A DNA stretch of 64,000 nucleotides from Lingula anatina (taxonomy: Eukaryota; Animalia; Brachiopoda): positions 15,000,587 through 15,064,586 of the forward strand of contig CM120648.1 in assembly GCA_051362555.1 (NCBI GenBank). The letters are read 5' to 3'. Positions 63,495 through 64,000 of the stretch are shown piece after piece. Each line of letters starts with the position of its first letter. Position 1 is the first letter of the stretch. The translations under genes were made by a program, and so were the position numbers. The notes below the pieces were generated by a model that worked only from the letters and a program-made list of their open reading frames with translations, ran no database searches and had not been told where the DNA came from.

Positions 63495-64000
63495 CTTACG
63501 GCCTGTTTGCGTCGAAATTTTGCGCAGAATCCCATGTGCCGTGCAAGTCCCTCTTCCGAAATTTGGAGCTCGCAGAGAGCCCTTAACCACGCACGGAGGA
63601 TATTGGACATGTTCAAAAGATTCTACGAATAATCTGCGAACAACGAGGCTTCATACGTAACTTGATCCACTGGCAAGAATTTTGCGAGAAGTATGCAAGT
63701 GAGACGTGCGTGGACCAAGACGCACGTCGTAAACAATGGAGGAGCAAATGCCCTGTGCGTGTTGAGTAGGACACACGCCCTCACAGCTAACGAACAAAGT
63801 CGAAAGCAAGGCTGAAGTGCGTCGCCCCCCCACGCCAGGAGTATAAAAGGAGTGCTCACGATGCACGCTCCTGTCTCGTCGCTTGTTCCTCGTGTACAAT
63901 ATTTCAAAAATGTCGAATTTTGCTCCAGTCAGCTTCTAATATGCCTCCGAAAGGCAAGAGAACGAAGCTAAGAGAACAGAAAAGAAGGAGGGACAAGAAT
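63495..64000 (+). other. Dispersed repeat with a TATA box and the start of a basic ORF, homologous to the interior of the 28422-29883 transposon
   Basis: Its reverse complement aligns with 29035-29500. gtataaaagg lies at 63841, and an ATG at 63941 gives MPPKGKRTKLREQKRRRDKN, running off the window. Confidence 0.6.

Noticed and set aside
63365-63907. Minus-strand ORFs similar to the ORF at 29163-29390, as a conserved protein
   Set aside because: The similarity follows from DNA repeat homology. Substitutions are spread over all codon positions (about 15/10/12) and the start codons are not shared.

Overview
This is AT-rich animal genomic DNA. The spliced genes and the Tx1/L1, Tc1, SINE and MITE content point to a marine invertebrate such as a mollusc or other lophotrochozoan (inference). 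Bases 1-27205 are the right end of a complex tandem satellite with 25 monomers visible. The typical monomer is about 1148 bp, made of a unique core plus about four ~191-bp subrepeats, and the distal part forms a ~4.2-kb four-monomer higher-order repeat. The array ends in a fold-back-rearranged MITE and is flanked by old, diverged monomer-like sequence. The rest is TE-dense: a 5'-truncated Tx1/L1 LINE with a 16-bp TSD, a decayed DD34E Tc1 element carrying a tRNA-derived SINE, many MITEs and a large palindrome. It also holds two spliced minus-strand genes for extracellular lectin-type proteins: a complete 4-exon signal peptide + F-type lectin + PAN gene (46433-48016), and the 3' part of a VWDE-like gene ending in three Ca-EGF exons and a C-type lectin domain (53978-61399, 5' end not located). 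The repeated short ORFs in the satellite are artefacts. I see no clear new enzymatic system; the most notable signals are the satellite architecture and its boundary. All coordinates and alignments were read by eye.
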